A DNA stretch of 37,721 bases from a virus (Duplodnaviria; Heunggongvirae; Uroviricota; Caudoviricetes). Below the pieces are notes generated by a model. The model saw only the letters and a program-made list of their open reading frames with translations, had not been told where the DNA came from and did not search any database. The translations under genes and the position numbers were made by a program. Location of the stretch: positions 1 through 37,721 of the IMG/VR virus record IMGVR_UViG_2778261460_000005; one strand, written 5' to 3'. Position 1 is the first letter of the stretch. Every line of letters starts with the position of its first letter. Below are positions 28,614 to 37,308 of this stretch, one piece after another.

Positions 28614-29054
28614 ATGTCTACCTATTCTTTTATGGATGTCACTGCGACGCTGACCGGCCCGACCGGTTCGATTGACCTCGGGTACGGTTCTGCAAGTTCT
28701 GAAGAGGGGATTGTGGTTGCGATGGGCGGTCCTAAAAACACCATGACCATCGGTGCTGATGGCGAAGTGATGCACAGTCTCCATGCAGATAAAAGCGGGA
28801 CGATTACCGTTAACCTTCTGAAGACATCACCGACAAATAAAAAATTGTCGCTGGCGTATAACGCACAGAGCCAGTCTTCGGCCACATGGGGGAATAACGT
28901 TATTGTGATCCGAAACAAGGTCAGCGGCGACATCATCACGGCACGTAGTGTTGCGTTCCAGAAACAACCGGATAATGCCAACGCTAAAACCGGTAATACG
29001 ATGCCGTGGGTGTTTGACTGCGGCAAGATTGACCAGGTTCTCGGGGAGTTTTAA
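28614..29054 (+). CDS. putative tail tube protein (DUF3277-like)
   Basis: 146 aa, positioned between the sheath and chaperone genes. Confidence 0.6.
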   Translation: MSTYSFMDVTATLTGPTGSIDLGYGSASSEEGIVVAMGGPKNTMTIGADGEVMHSLHADKSGTITVNLLKTSPTNKKLSLAYNAQSQSSATWGNNVIVIRNKVSGDIITARSVAFQKQPDNANAKTGNTMPWVFDCGKIDQVLGEF

Positions 29055-29057
29055 TAC

Positions 29058-29510
29058 ATGGAATTCGAAATCAAAGGCGTGAAATATCGCGCGGCAAAAC
29101 TCAGCGTTTTTGATCAGCTGAAAGTGATCCGCAAACTTCTGCCGGTGCTGGCAGGAATGATGTCAGATTTCGGGAGCATTCGCTCCCGTTTGCCTGCTGA
29201 TGGCAAAATCGACACCGTGAAATTCGAGCAGTTAAAACCGGTGTTTGAAACCATGCTCCCGCGTATCGCTGAGGAACTGTCTTCCCTGACCGAAGATGAC
29301 ACCAGTGCGATTATTCATCCCTGTCTTGCGGTGGTATCGCGGCGTCATATGGACGGATGGGTTCCGGTATTTACCCAGGGCGAACTGATGTTTGATGATA
29401 TTGACTTGCTGGTCATGCTGCATCTGGTGGCGCGGGTGGTCGCCGATTCGCTGGGAAATTTTTTGCCTACACCCCTTACCAGCACGACGCAGAGCCTGCA
29501 ACAGGGCTGA
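29058..29510 (+). CDS. tail assembly chaperone (short form)
   Basis: 150 aa immediately upstream of the tape measure gene. It contains a slippery run near its 3' end. Confidence 0.7.
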   Translation: MEFEIKGVKYRAAKLSVFDQLKVIRKLLPVLAGMMSDFGSIRSRLPADGKIDTVKFEQLKPVFETMLPRIAEELSSLTEDDTSAIIHPCLAVVSRRHMDGWVPVFTQGELMFDDIDLLVMLHLVARVVADSLGNFLPTPLTSTTQSLQQG

Positions 29511-29698
29511 CGTTTAACAGCCTGCCGGACGGGCTGTCTTACCTTCTCAATCCGGTTGACGCTGGGTTAATTCCTTATACAGCACTTAAAGATGGCTCTG
29601 TCGATTTGTACGACATTGCTCTCTTGAATGACCATCTGGCGGTAAAAGCGGATAACCAGCGGCGCATTGAGAAATGGAGAGAGGATAATGAACGCTGA
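29456..29698 (+). other. programmed -1 frameshift site and -1-frame extension of the tail chaperone (long form)
   Basis: The zero frame reads GGA AAT TTT TTG (A AAT TTT / T TTT TTG slippery run, 29456-29465). The -1 frame is open from there to the TGA at 29696-29698. It encodes ...FAYTPYQHDAEPATGLTFNSLPDGLSYLLNPVDAGLIPYTALKDGSVDLYDIALLNDHLAVKADNQRRIEKWREDNER and has no start codon of its own. Confidence 0.65.
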
Positions 29699-31676
29699 AA
29701 CTATTAAAGATTTCCTCGTCTCGCTTGGCTTCAGTGTGGATGATGCAGGAGCGAAAAAGTTCGGTTCTGTCCTCGCCGGTACAACTGCAAATGTCATCAA
29801 AATGGGACTGGCCGTTGAAGGAGCTGCGCTGTCCGTGGTGGCCTTCACGGCTAAGATCGCCTCCGGCCTGGATAATCTTTACTGGGCGTCACAGCGCACC
29901 GGCGCGACAGTCCAGGGAATTCAGTCTATTGGCTATGCGGTTTCGCAGGTTGGCGGCAGCGTGGACGCTGCGCGCGGGTCACTGGAGAGCCTTGCCCGTT
30001 TTATCCGTAATAACCCCGGGGCTGAGGGATTTCTGAATCGTCTGGGGGTACAGACACGGGATGCCAGCGGTAACATGCGTGACATGGCCGCTATTTTTAC
30101 AGGTGTAGGACAGAAGCTCAGCGGCATGCCGTATTACCGGGCTAACCAGTATGCGCAGATGCTGGGCATTGACGAAAATACCCTTATGGCGATGCGCCGG
30201 GGTGTGGGTGGTTTCTCCGGGCAGTACAGCGCAATGGCGAAAGCTATCGGCTTCAATGCTGACGAGGCGGCCAGAAGCTCCAACAAATTTATGACCTCCC
30301 TGCGTGAGTTTAGCGCGATGGCAGGCATGGCCCGTGACAAAATCGGCTCTAATCTTGCGGGTGGGCTTGCGGGTTCGCTGGACACCCTGCGCCGCCATAT
30401 CCTGGACAACTTCCCTCGTATCGAGCAGACCCTGACGAAAGCTATAAAAGGCATTCTGGCGCTCGGGGATATTATCGGGCGGCTGTTCTTCAGACTGATT
30501 GAAGGAACATCAGGCCTCATCACCTGGTGGCAATCGCTGGATAAGCAAACGCGGGAGTTGATCTCGCTGTTTGGTGCACTGACGATTGCGCTGCGCATTC
30601 TGAACAGTACGTTCTGGATGTCGCCGATTGGCCTCATTACCGCGCTGGCGGCGGGTATTGCCCTCCTGTGGGAGGACTATCAGACCTGGAAGGAAGGCGG
30701 CGACAGCCTGATTGACTGGGGCAAGTGGAAACCGGAGGTTGATGCCGCGCTGAAGATGGTTCGTGACCTTAAAACGACCGTTAACGACCTGGTGAAAGCG
30801 CTGGCGAAACTGCTCAATATTGACCCCAAATCATGGTCCCTGAAGTGGGATTTCAGCAACTTCATCGACCAGATGGGCGAATTCAGCAAAATGCTGAACA
30901 TGATCGCCGACCTGCTCAACGCTATCAAAGATGGCCGCTGGGCTGATGCCGTCAGCATCAGCAAACAGATACTTAATCAGGGCAGCGAAAATCCGTCAGC
31001 GATGCCGATGGTTACAGACAGCGCTAACAGTACTGCCGACTGGATTAAAGAGCACTGGGGATTCGATCCCCGCAGTGTGGGCCGGACGGTACGCGGCTGG
31101 TTTGGTGATGATGAGCCGGAACAATATGCACAGGCTACGAAACGAGGAGAACGGAATAACAATCCGGGAAACCTTAATTTTGCTGGTCAGGCAGGGGCTT
31201 CTCTTGAACGCCCGGGCGGGCGATTTGCCAGATTTGAAACTGCTTTTGATGGATTACGGGCTCTTGCTCGTCAGTTAATGCTGTACGCCGGACGGGGAAT
31301 AAACAGTGTGGAGAAAATTATCTCTACCTGGGCACCTGCGTCTGATAATAACAACACAACTGCGTATATCAGGGCTGTATCGCAACGACTGGGAGTGGAT
31401 CCCCGGGCTGCCCTGAATATGAGCGATCCGCAAACCATGTCAGCATTGATGAGCAGCATTATCCAGCATGAAAATGGAAGAAATATCTATTCTCGAGAGC
31501 TGATTAATAAGGCTGCCGTGGCGGGAATTAGTGGCAAAATGACAGAGGTTAACCAGCAAAATACTTACCACATTTACGGTGGCGGAGATCCGCACGCTGT
31601 CGGTAATGAGGTTGCACGTCGGCAACAGTCTGCAAATGCTCAGGTCATGCGAAGTAATCAGGTGAGGGTGGGTTAG
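29688..31676 (+). CDS. tail tape measure protein
   Basis: About 662 aa from MNAETIKDFL, with the SD GGAGAGAGGA upstream. It is long and helical with hydrophobic central segments. The C-terminal region carries the NNPGNLNF...STWAPASDNNNTTAY motif. Confidence 0.85.
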   Translation: MNAETIKDFLVSLGFSVDDAGAKKFGSVLAGTTANVIKMGLAVEGAALSVVAFTAKIASGLDNLYWASQRTGATVQGIQSIGYAVSQVGGSVDAARGSLESLARFIRNNPGAEGFLNRLGVQTRDASGNMRDMAAIFTGVGQKLSGMPYYRANQYAQMLGIDENTLMAMRRGVGGFSGQYSAMAKAIGFNADEAARSSNKFMTSLREFSAMAGMARDKIGSNLAGGLAGSLDTLRRHILDNFPRIEQTLTKAIKGILALGDIIGRLFFRLIEGTSGLITWWQSLDKQTRELISLFGALTIALRILNSTFWMSPIGLITALAAGIALLWEDYQTWKEGGDSLIDWGKWKPEVDAALKMVRDLKTTVNDLVKALAKLLNIDPKSWSLKWDFSNFIDQMGEFSKMLNMIADLLNAIKDGRWADAVSISKQILNQGSENPSAMPMVTDSANSTADWIKEHWGFDPRSVGRTVRGWFGDDEPEQYAQATKRGERNNNPGNLNFAGQAGASLERPGGRFARFETAFDGLRALARQLMLYAGRGINSVEKIISTWAPASDNNNTTAYIRAVSQRLGVDPRAALNMSDPQTMSALMSSIIQHENGRNIYSRELINKAAVAGISGKMTEVNQQNTYHIYGGGDPHAVGNEVARRQQSANAQVMRSNQVRVG

Positions 31677-32263
31677 TGGATATTCTCTCTACACTTTTTC
31701 ATCAGCAGAGCAGAAAAATAGGAATGATTGTTCCCAGTGTTGTTATTTCAGAGAAGCATACAGATATGCTTGAAATAACAGAGCATCCGGTAGAGGTCGG
31801 GGCCGCTGTCGCTGATCATGCCTATAAAAAACCGTCAGAAGTGGTGATGGAGGTTGGTTTCGCCGGTGGCGGCGCATTGCTGGCTTTTGCCAGTAATCTG
31901 ACGGCTACCAGCCTGCTCGGCCTGAGTCCTCAGCAGACGTATCAGGAGCTACTGGATCTGCAGGAAAGCCGTATCCCCTTCGATGTGGTAACCGGTAAAC
32001 GACTGTACAGCAACATGTTGATCCGGGCGCTGGAAGTGACGACGGACAAGACAACCGAAAACGTCCTGTCCGCCGTCCTCACCCTGAGGGAGGTCCTTAT
32101 CTCCCGGACGCAGCAGATTACCGTCGCGGATAAAACCAACATGAAGGAAGGGGCCAGCACGTCGGCGGTACAGAATAGCGGCAACAAAACCACAAAGCCT
32201 CCAGATACTTCACTGCTGAAAAGCATCACGGGTAACGTGGCGTCATTACTGGGAGGCGGCTAA
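31676..32263 (+). CDS. putative tail/baseplate assembly protein
   Basis: 195 aa with a GTG start overlapping the TMP stop. Assigned by position after the tape measure. Confidence 0.5.
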   Translation: MDILSTLFHQQSRKIGMIVPSVVISEKHTDMLEITEHPVEVGAAVADHAYKKPSEVVMEVGFAGGGALLAFASNLTATSLLGLSPQQTYQELLDLQESRIPFDVVTGKRLYSNMLIRALEVTTDKTTENVLSAVLTLREVLISRTQQITVADKTNMKEGASTSAVQNSGNKTTKPPDTSLLKSITGNVASLLGGG

Positions 32264-32565
32264 TGACAATTCAGGAAATTCCGCTGACAGCGGACAACCA
32301 GCAGTTCAGCATCGTCTTGGGTGGTGTCACTTGGCAGATTAGCATCATATGGCGCGATCCTTACTGGATTATGGACCTGCAGAACGACAGAGGGGAGCCG
32401 GTAATCTCCGGTATTCCTCTCGTCACTGGCGCTGATCTGCTGGCGCAGTACGACTGTATGGGACTTGGTTTTAAGCTGGTGGTGGTCTGCGATGACAACA
32501 CACAGGATTATCCCACGAAAACTGATCTGGGCGGCCTCAGTCATTTACTGGTATCAACGGAGTAA
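32263..32565 (+). CDS. putative tail/baseplate assembly protein
   Basis: 100 aa with an ATGA overlap to the preceding gene. Confidence 0.5.
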   Translation: MTIQEIPLTADNQQFSIVLGGVTWQISIIWRDPYWIMDLQNDRGEPVISGIPLVTGADLLAQYDCMGLGFKLVVVCDDNTQDYPTKTDLGGLSHLLVSTE

Positions 32566-32567
32566 GC

Positions 32568-33629
32568 ATGTCACAGAACTGGATGAGACATTTCGAGCTG
32601 CAGCTTGTGGACGGGAACGGTCAGGGAATTGAGCTAAGTGATTTCAAAGTCACCTTTACGATCGACTGGTTCAACATCAGCAGCGCGTCCCGGGTAGGGA
32701 CTATCAAAATTTATAACCTCTCGGCAGATACTGTGAACCGAATCACCGGGCAGGAATTTTCGAAAGTGCGTCTGATTGCCGGTTACGACGGTGTCGCGCC
32801 AGAGGTGTCAGCAAGCGACGTAGGGACCGTGCGGGAAGTTGACGCGGCGGACGTGGGCCAGAGAGATGGCCGCAACTACGGACTGATTTTCAGCGGTGAA
32901 ATTCGCTACTCGGTCACAGGAAAAGACAGTCCGGTTGATACCTACGTCCTGATTCAGGCAGCAGATACTGATCTGGCTTTTGCCACCAGTATAACCTCAC
33001 AGACGCTGGCTGCCGGTTACACGGTCGCTGATGTGAACCGTGCGCTGATGAAAGACTTCGAAGCCAAAGGCGCGACCGAAGGCCTGACGCCTGAAATGCC
33101 TGCTACTGTATTCCCCCGGGGGCGGGTACTCTTTGGCATGACGCGGCATCTTATGGATAACGTAGCCGGTCAATGTGGCGCAACATGGCAATTCGTGGAC
33201 GGTCAACGCCAGATGGTGGCGAATAACGAATATGTTCATGAAGCGATTGTGCTCAACAGCGCTACCGGGCTTATTGGCATGCCGCAGCAGACTATCGGTA
33301 ACGGCGTAAACGTCCGCGCGCTTATTAATCCGAACATCCGGGTTAACGGACTCATTCAGCTGGATCAGGCTTCCGTGTATCGTACCGCCTTGTCGAACAA
33401 CGATATTGCGATGGCTGGTGGGCAGATCACTGACCAGAACACGGACGGAAATATCACGCTTAGCGGCACCACGGCGCAGCCTGCCAGCATCGCAACGGAT
33501 GGCGTTTATATTGTGCGCGGGATTATGTACAGTGGCGATACAAGGGGCCAGGCGTGGTACATGGATATGATGTGCGAAGCGCGTGGCGCGGCGGATCTGT
33601 ATACGCAATCGGCTTTGCAAAGGGGATGA
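32568..33629 (+). CDS. putative baseplate hub protein (Mu gp44 / P2 gpD-position)
   Basis: 353 aa. It occupies the hub position upstream of the spike, W-like and J-like genes. Confidence 0.55.
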   Translation: MSQNWMRHFELQLVDGNGQGIELSDFKVTFTIDWFNISSASRVGTIKIYNLSADTVNRITGQEFSKVRLIAGYDGVAPEVSASDVGTVREVDAADVGQRDGRNYGLIFSGEIRYSVTGKDSPVDTYVLIQAADTDLAFATSITSQTLAAGYTVADVNRALMKDFEAKGATEGLTPEMPATVFPRGRVLFGMTRHLMDNVAGQCGATWQFVDGQRQMVANNEYVHEAIVLNSATGLIGMPQQTIGNGVNVRALINPNIRVNGLIQLDQASVYRTALSNNDIAMAGGQITDQNTDGNITLSGTTAQPASIATDGVYIVRGIMYSGDTRGQAWYMDMMCEARGAADLYTQSALQRG

Positions 33630-33632
33630 GCA

Positions 33633-33974
33633 ATGAGGGGTATTATTTTTCTGTTAGCTGTCTTTTCTGCGTGCAGCGCGTGGGCGGATGGCTTCACGGT
33701 TAAATGCGGTGGCTACACTATGGTTGCAAACCAGGGCGAGTTATCGACAATCAACGGTGAAAGAGTTACCTCTCAAAAAATCACCGAACTGGGTACCAAT
33801 GGTTTGAAAGTAGACATGGGGCTTATGCCTGCCAAAGACGGTAACAACTACGGCTTTGAATACATTCGTCGCCCTGGTACCGAAACGCGATTCCTGAATG
33901 TCCAACTGCTGCAGAACAGCATGGATGCGCCGAAAATCATCGGTTCCTTTCCATGCAAAAAGATTGTTGATTAA
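33633..33974 (+). CDS. secreted protein or lipoprotein (moron within the baseplate cluster)
   Basis: 113 aa. The signal peptide MRGIIFLLAVFSAC-SAWA-DG allows either lipobox-like cleavage (FSAC) or AWA-type signal peptidase I cleavage. There is no structural-protein context. Confidence 0.65.
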   Translation: MRGIIFLLAVFSACSAWADGFTVKCGGYTMVANQGELSTINGERVTSQKITELGTNGLKVDMGLMPAKDGNNYGFEYIRRPGTETRFLNVQLLQNSMDAPKIIGSFPCKKIVD

Positions 33975-33991
33975 TCACTCGTAATTATAAT
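33964..33991 (+). promoter_or_regulatory. putative sigma70 promoter of the DUF4282-like moron
   Basis: A perfect TATAAT at 33986-33991 with TTGTTG 16 nt upstream. AAGGA lies 9 nt before the ATG at 34028. Confidence 0.5.
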
Positions 33992-34027
33992 GTGGTACTT
34001 CTACTTTCACGATAAGGAATTTGTCGC

Positions 34028-34267
34028 ATGTTCGGATTTGATAAATTAATAACTCCAAAAATCATCAACGTTCTGTATGGCATCACAATGTTACTTCTGG
34101 TTGTTGCCGCCATTATAACGTTTGTTAATGGGAAGGCTGCTGGCGCTTTAGTGCTTTTGTTATGTGCTGTATTTTGCCGAATATTCTTTGAGTGCATCAT
34201 GGTGTCATTTAAAAACAATGAGTATCTTCGCCGAATAGCTGAAGCGTTAGAAGCAAACAAGCAGTAA
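34028..34267 (+). CDS. two-TM inner-membrane protein, DUF4282-like (moron)
   Basis: 79 aa, MFGFDKLITPKIINVLYGITMLLLVVAAIITFV...AAGALVLLLCAVFCRIFFECIMVSF. It has two hydrophobic helices, is markedly AT-rich, and has its own promoter-like and terminator signals. Confidence 0.7.
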   Translation: MFGFDKLITPKIINVLYGITMLLLVVAAIITFVNGKAAGALVLLLCAVFCRIFFECIMVSFKNNEYLRRIAEALEANKQ

Positions 34268-34284
34268 TGAAACTTCAATAATGA

Positions 34285-34306
34285 ACCCGCCACCCGCGGG
34301 TTTTTT
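34285..34306 (+). terminator. intrinsic terminator after the moron gene
   Basis: ACCCGC-CACCC-GCGGGT followed by TTTTTT. Confidence 0.8.
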
Positions 34307-34325
34307 GCTTTCTGGAGCCTACTAA

Positions 34326-35078
34326 ATGGCAGTATCTGACCAGACCCGCAGCGGCGACCTTGCCGAAACATTCAAATCTGAACGGGAAACAACAAAGAAC
34401 CAGATCCGTGTCGCCTTGCCTGGCATTGTTCAGTCATTCGATCCCGACGCGGTGACGGCGGTTGTGCAGCCAGCTATCCGTTCGGTTGAAAAGGATAACG
34501 ACGGTAACCGCATTACCAAAAATTACCCGTTGCTGGTGGATGTGCCAGTGGTATTTCCGCGCGGCGGAGGCTGTACGTTGACTTTTCCGGTTAAAGCCGG
34601 GGATGAGTGTCTTGTCGTTTTTGCCGATCGTTGTATTGATTTCTGGTGGCAGAGCGGTGGGATACAGGAGCCGGTCGATGACAGAATGCATGATTTATCG
34701 GATGCGTTTTGTATTGCCGGTCCCCAGTCGCAGGCGAGGAAGATTAGCGGTATTAATACCAGTGCCACACAGTTGCGTAGTGACGACGGCAGCACCTATT
34801 TTGAGCTTAATCCTGATACCCGGAAAATTAAAATTGTCGCCCCGGGTGGTCTTGATGTGGTTGCCCCTCTGGCTGATTTTTCTGAGAAAGTAACCATTCA
34901 TGGCCTGTTAACCTGGATGGGGGGCATGGTGGGGTCTGTTGTTTCTGGTGTGGCTTCAAAAATCACTGGTGCTGTTGAGTTCTTGGGGAGCGTTAAGGCT
35001 AACGGCAAGCCAATCGATGATACGCACACTCATGGCGGTGTTCAGCGCGGTGGAAGCAATACCGATGGGGTAAACTGA
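34326..35078 (+). CDS. baseplate central spike (gpV / Mu gp45-like)
   Basis: 250 aa. The C-terminal DDTHTHGGVQRGGSNTDG (HxH tip motif) and the position before the W-like and J-like genes support the call. Confidence 0.7.
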   Translation: MAVSDQTRSGDLAETFKSERETTKNQIRVALPGIVQSFDPDAVTAVVQPAIRSVEKDNDGNRITKNYPLLVDVPVVFPRGGGCTLTFPVKAGDECLVVFADRCIDFWWQSGGIQEPVDDRMHDLSDAFCIAGPQSQARKISGINTSATQLRSDDGSTYFELNPDTRKIKIVAPGGLDVVAPLADFSEKVTIHGLLTWMGGMVGSVVSGVASKITGAVEFLGSVKANGKPIDDTHTHGGVQRGGSNTDGVN

Positions 35079-35431
35079 TGCGATACAGACGTGAAGACGC
35101 CGATGGCGATTACACCTTTGGCAGCGGTGATGACACCTGGCTGATTAACTCACCGGAGGCCGTGGCGCAGGCGGTAAAAACGCGATTCGAATTGTGGTAT
35201 GGGCAGTGGTTTCTCGACACCACAGAGGGGACACCGTGGATTCAGTCCGTACTCGGTAAGCAGAAGCCGGAAACCTACAACTTGGCGATCCGTAAGCGCA
35301 TCCTCGAAACGCGGGGCGTTAAATCCATTCTCTCTTTCAATACGACAGTGAACACGACGACGCGCCGCGTCCAGTTCTTCGCTGAGATCGACACTATCTA
35401 CGGAACAACGACAGTAACCAGCGAGGCATAA
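35078..35431 (+). CDS. baseplate wedge protein (gpW/gp25-position)
   Basis: 117 aa with an ATGA overlap, immediately upstream of the baseplate J-like gene. Confidence 0.55.
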   Translation: MRYRREDADGDYTFGSGDDTWLINSPEAVAQAVKTRFELWYGQWFLDTTEGTPWIQSVLGKQKPETYNLAIRKRILETRGVKSILSFNTTVNTTTRRVQFFAEIDTIYGTTTVTSEA

Positions 35432-36631
35432 ATGGCCCTCAATTTGGATACACTCGGCTTATCGGCAACGGTAACCGCTGAGGGGATCAGCGCGCCTGAT
35501 TACCAGACGATACTCGATACCCTGACAAGCTATTTCCAGCAGATTTACGGCAGTGACGCTTATCTGGAACCGGACAGCAAAGACGGCCAGATGGTGGCTC
35601 TGATGGCGCTGGCGATTCATGATGCCAATAATATGGCGATAACTGTCTACAACTGTTTTTCACCGGCAACCGGCTATGGGGCTGCACTGACCAGTAACGT
35701 GAAAATAAATGGTATTTCACGTAAAGGCGCGACGAATTCTACGGTTGATTTGCTTCTTACAGGAACTGCCGGAACAACCATCATTAATGGCAGCGTGAAA
35801 GACAGTAATAATGTGATATGGCGTTTGCCTGCTTCAGTGGTGGTCGGCGTGGATGGTACAGTGATGGTGACCGCAAAATGTTCTGTCAGTGGTGCAGTGG
35901 CGGCGCTGGCTGGAACTATCACTGAAATTAATACGCCAACCCGTGGCTGGGTTTCGGTAACCAATCCTGCTGCAGCTACTGTAGGCACTCCAGCAGAAAC
36001 TGATGCGGAGTTACGTATCCGCCAGTCGCAAAGTGTTGCGTTGCCATCAATAACCCCATTTGAAGCACTGGATGGTGCTGTTTCTAATGTTACCGGTGTA
36101 ACCCGCCACAAACTCTATGAAAACGATACTGGTTCGGAGGACGGTAACGGGTTACCGCCACACTCTGTTGCTGTAATTGTGGATGGCGGTGATGTGACGG
36201 ATATTGCTCAGGCTATCAGAGGAAATAAAGGCCAGGGGACAGCCACTCACGGTACAACATCCGTTACGGTTCCGGATAAATACGGCAATCCCCATGTAAT
36301 CAAATTCTCGCGTTCCAGTGATGTGCCTGTTTACGCCCGGATTAAATTAAAAGTTTTTACGGGTTATACCTCACAGATAGGGCAGCAGATCCAGCAGGCT
36401 ATTTCCGACTATATCAATAGTCTGATGATTGGTGATTCGGTCCTTTTAAGTCGCATTTACTCACCGGCGAATCTTGGCGTGGTGAGTGGCGGGAATGCAC
36501 GCTATTACGATATTCAGGAACTGACGATTGGGAAATCCCCGGGGGCTTTGTCGTCATCAAACATTGATATCAGATACAACGAATCTACGTCCTGTACCCC
36601 GGAAAATATCGTTATAACGGTGGAGTCATGA
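35432..36631 (+). CDS. baseplate J-like protein
   Basis: 399 aa. Size, position and the DAELRIRQSQS-type segment fit the Baseplate_J family. Confidence 0.7.
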   Translation: MALNLDTLGLSATVTAEGISAPDYQTILDTLTSYFQQIYGSDAYLEPDSKDGQMVALMALAIHDANNMAITVYNCFSPATGYGAALTSNVKINGISRKGATNSTVDLLLTGTAGTTIINGSVKDSNNVIWRLPASVVVGVDGTVMVTAKCSVSGAVAALAGTITEINTPTRGWVSVTNPAAATVGTPAETDAELRIRQSQSVALPSITPFEALDGAVSNVTGVTRHKLYENDTGSEDGNGLPPHSVAVIVDGGDVTDIAQAIRGNKGQGTATHGTTSVTVPDKYGNPHVIKFSRSSDVPVYARIKLKVFTGYTSQIGQQIQQAISDYINSLMIGDSVLLSRIYSPANLGVVSGGNARYYDIQELTIGKSPGALSSSNIDIRYNESTSCTPENIVITVES

Positions 36632-37308
36632 GCAAATACACCGAACTAATCACGAACTACCACGCCACCAAACCTAAATTTCTTGCGCATGTTGATCTGA
36701 TGACCCGGCCACTTATTGATGTTGCGGCTGCCACCAGAGGGCTGATTACTGCATTTGATATTGACTCTGCGGTTGGTGTGCAACTTGACATTCTTGGATT
36801 GTGGATCGGACGTAGCCGTGTTGTCAGCCAGCCTATCTCAGGTGTCTATTTCAGCTGGGATACCGACGGGCTTGGATATGATCAGGGGGTATGGCAGGGA
36901 CCATACGATCCTGATTCAGGATACATGTATCTCAGCGATGAAACTTATCGTGTCATTCTTAAAGCGAAGATTGCGATTAATAACTGGGACGGACGGAATG
37001 ATTCGCTTCCGGCAATTCTTGACGCGGCAACAGCAGGATCCGGGCTGCGAATGCAGATAGTCGATAACCAGGACATGACGATATCGGTCTGGGTCTTTCC
37101 TGATACTGATATTTCAGATGTATCGCGTGAGTTAATTGCGGCAATTAAACAGGGGTATCTAACAGTAAAAGCCGCCGGGGTATGGGCGGGGGGCATTGAA
37201 ACACCTTCGGTGGAAACTCCATCGGAAGGCTCTAAATTTTTTGGTTTTGATATGGATAACGAATTCATCAGTGGTTTTGATGTAGGGGCATGGGGAGTAT
37301 TACTCTGA
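36628..37308 (+). CDS. baseplate / tail-fibre attachment protein (gpI-position)
   Basis: 226 aa between the J-like and tail-fibre genes. Confidence 0.55.
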   Translation: MSKYTELITNYHATKPKFLAHVDLMTRPLIDVAAATRGLITAFDIDSAVGVQLDILGLWIGRSRVVSQPISGVYFSWDTDGLGYDQGVWQGPYDPDSGYMYLSDETYRVILKAKIAINNWDGRNDSLPAILDAATAGSGLRMQIVDNQDMTISVWVFPDTDISDVSRELIAAIKQGYLTVKAAGVWAGGIETPSVETPSEGSKFFGFDMDNEFISGFDVGAWGVLL

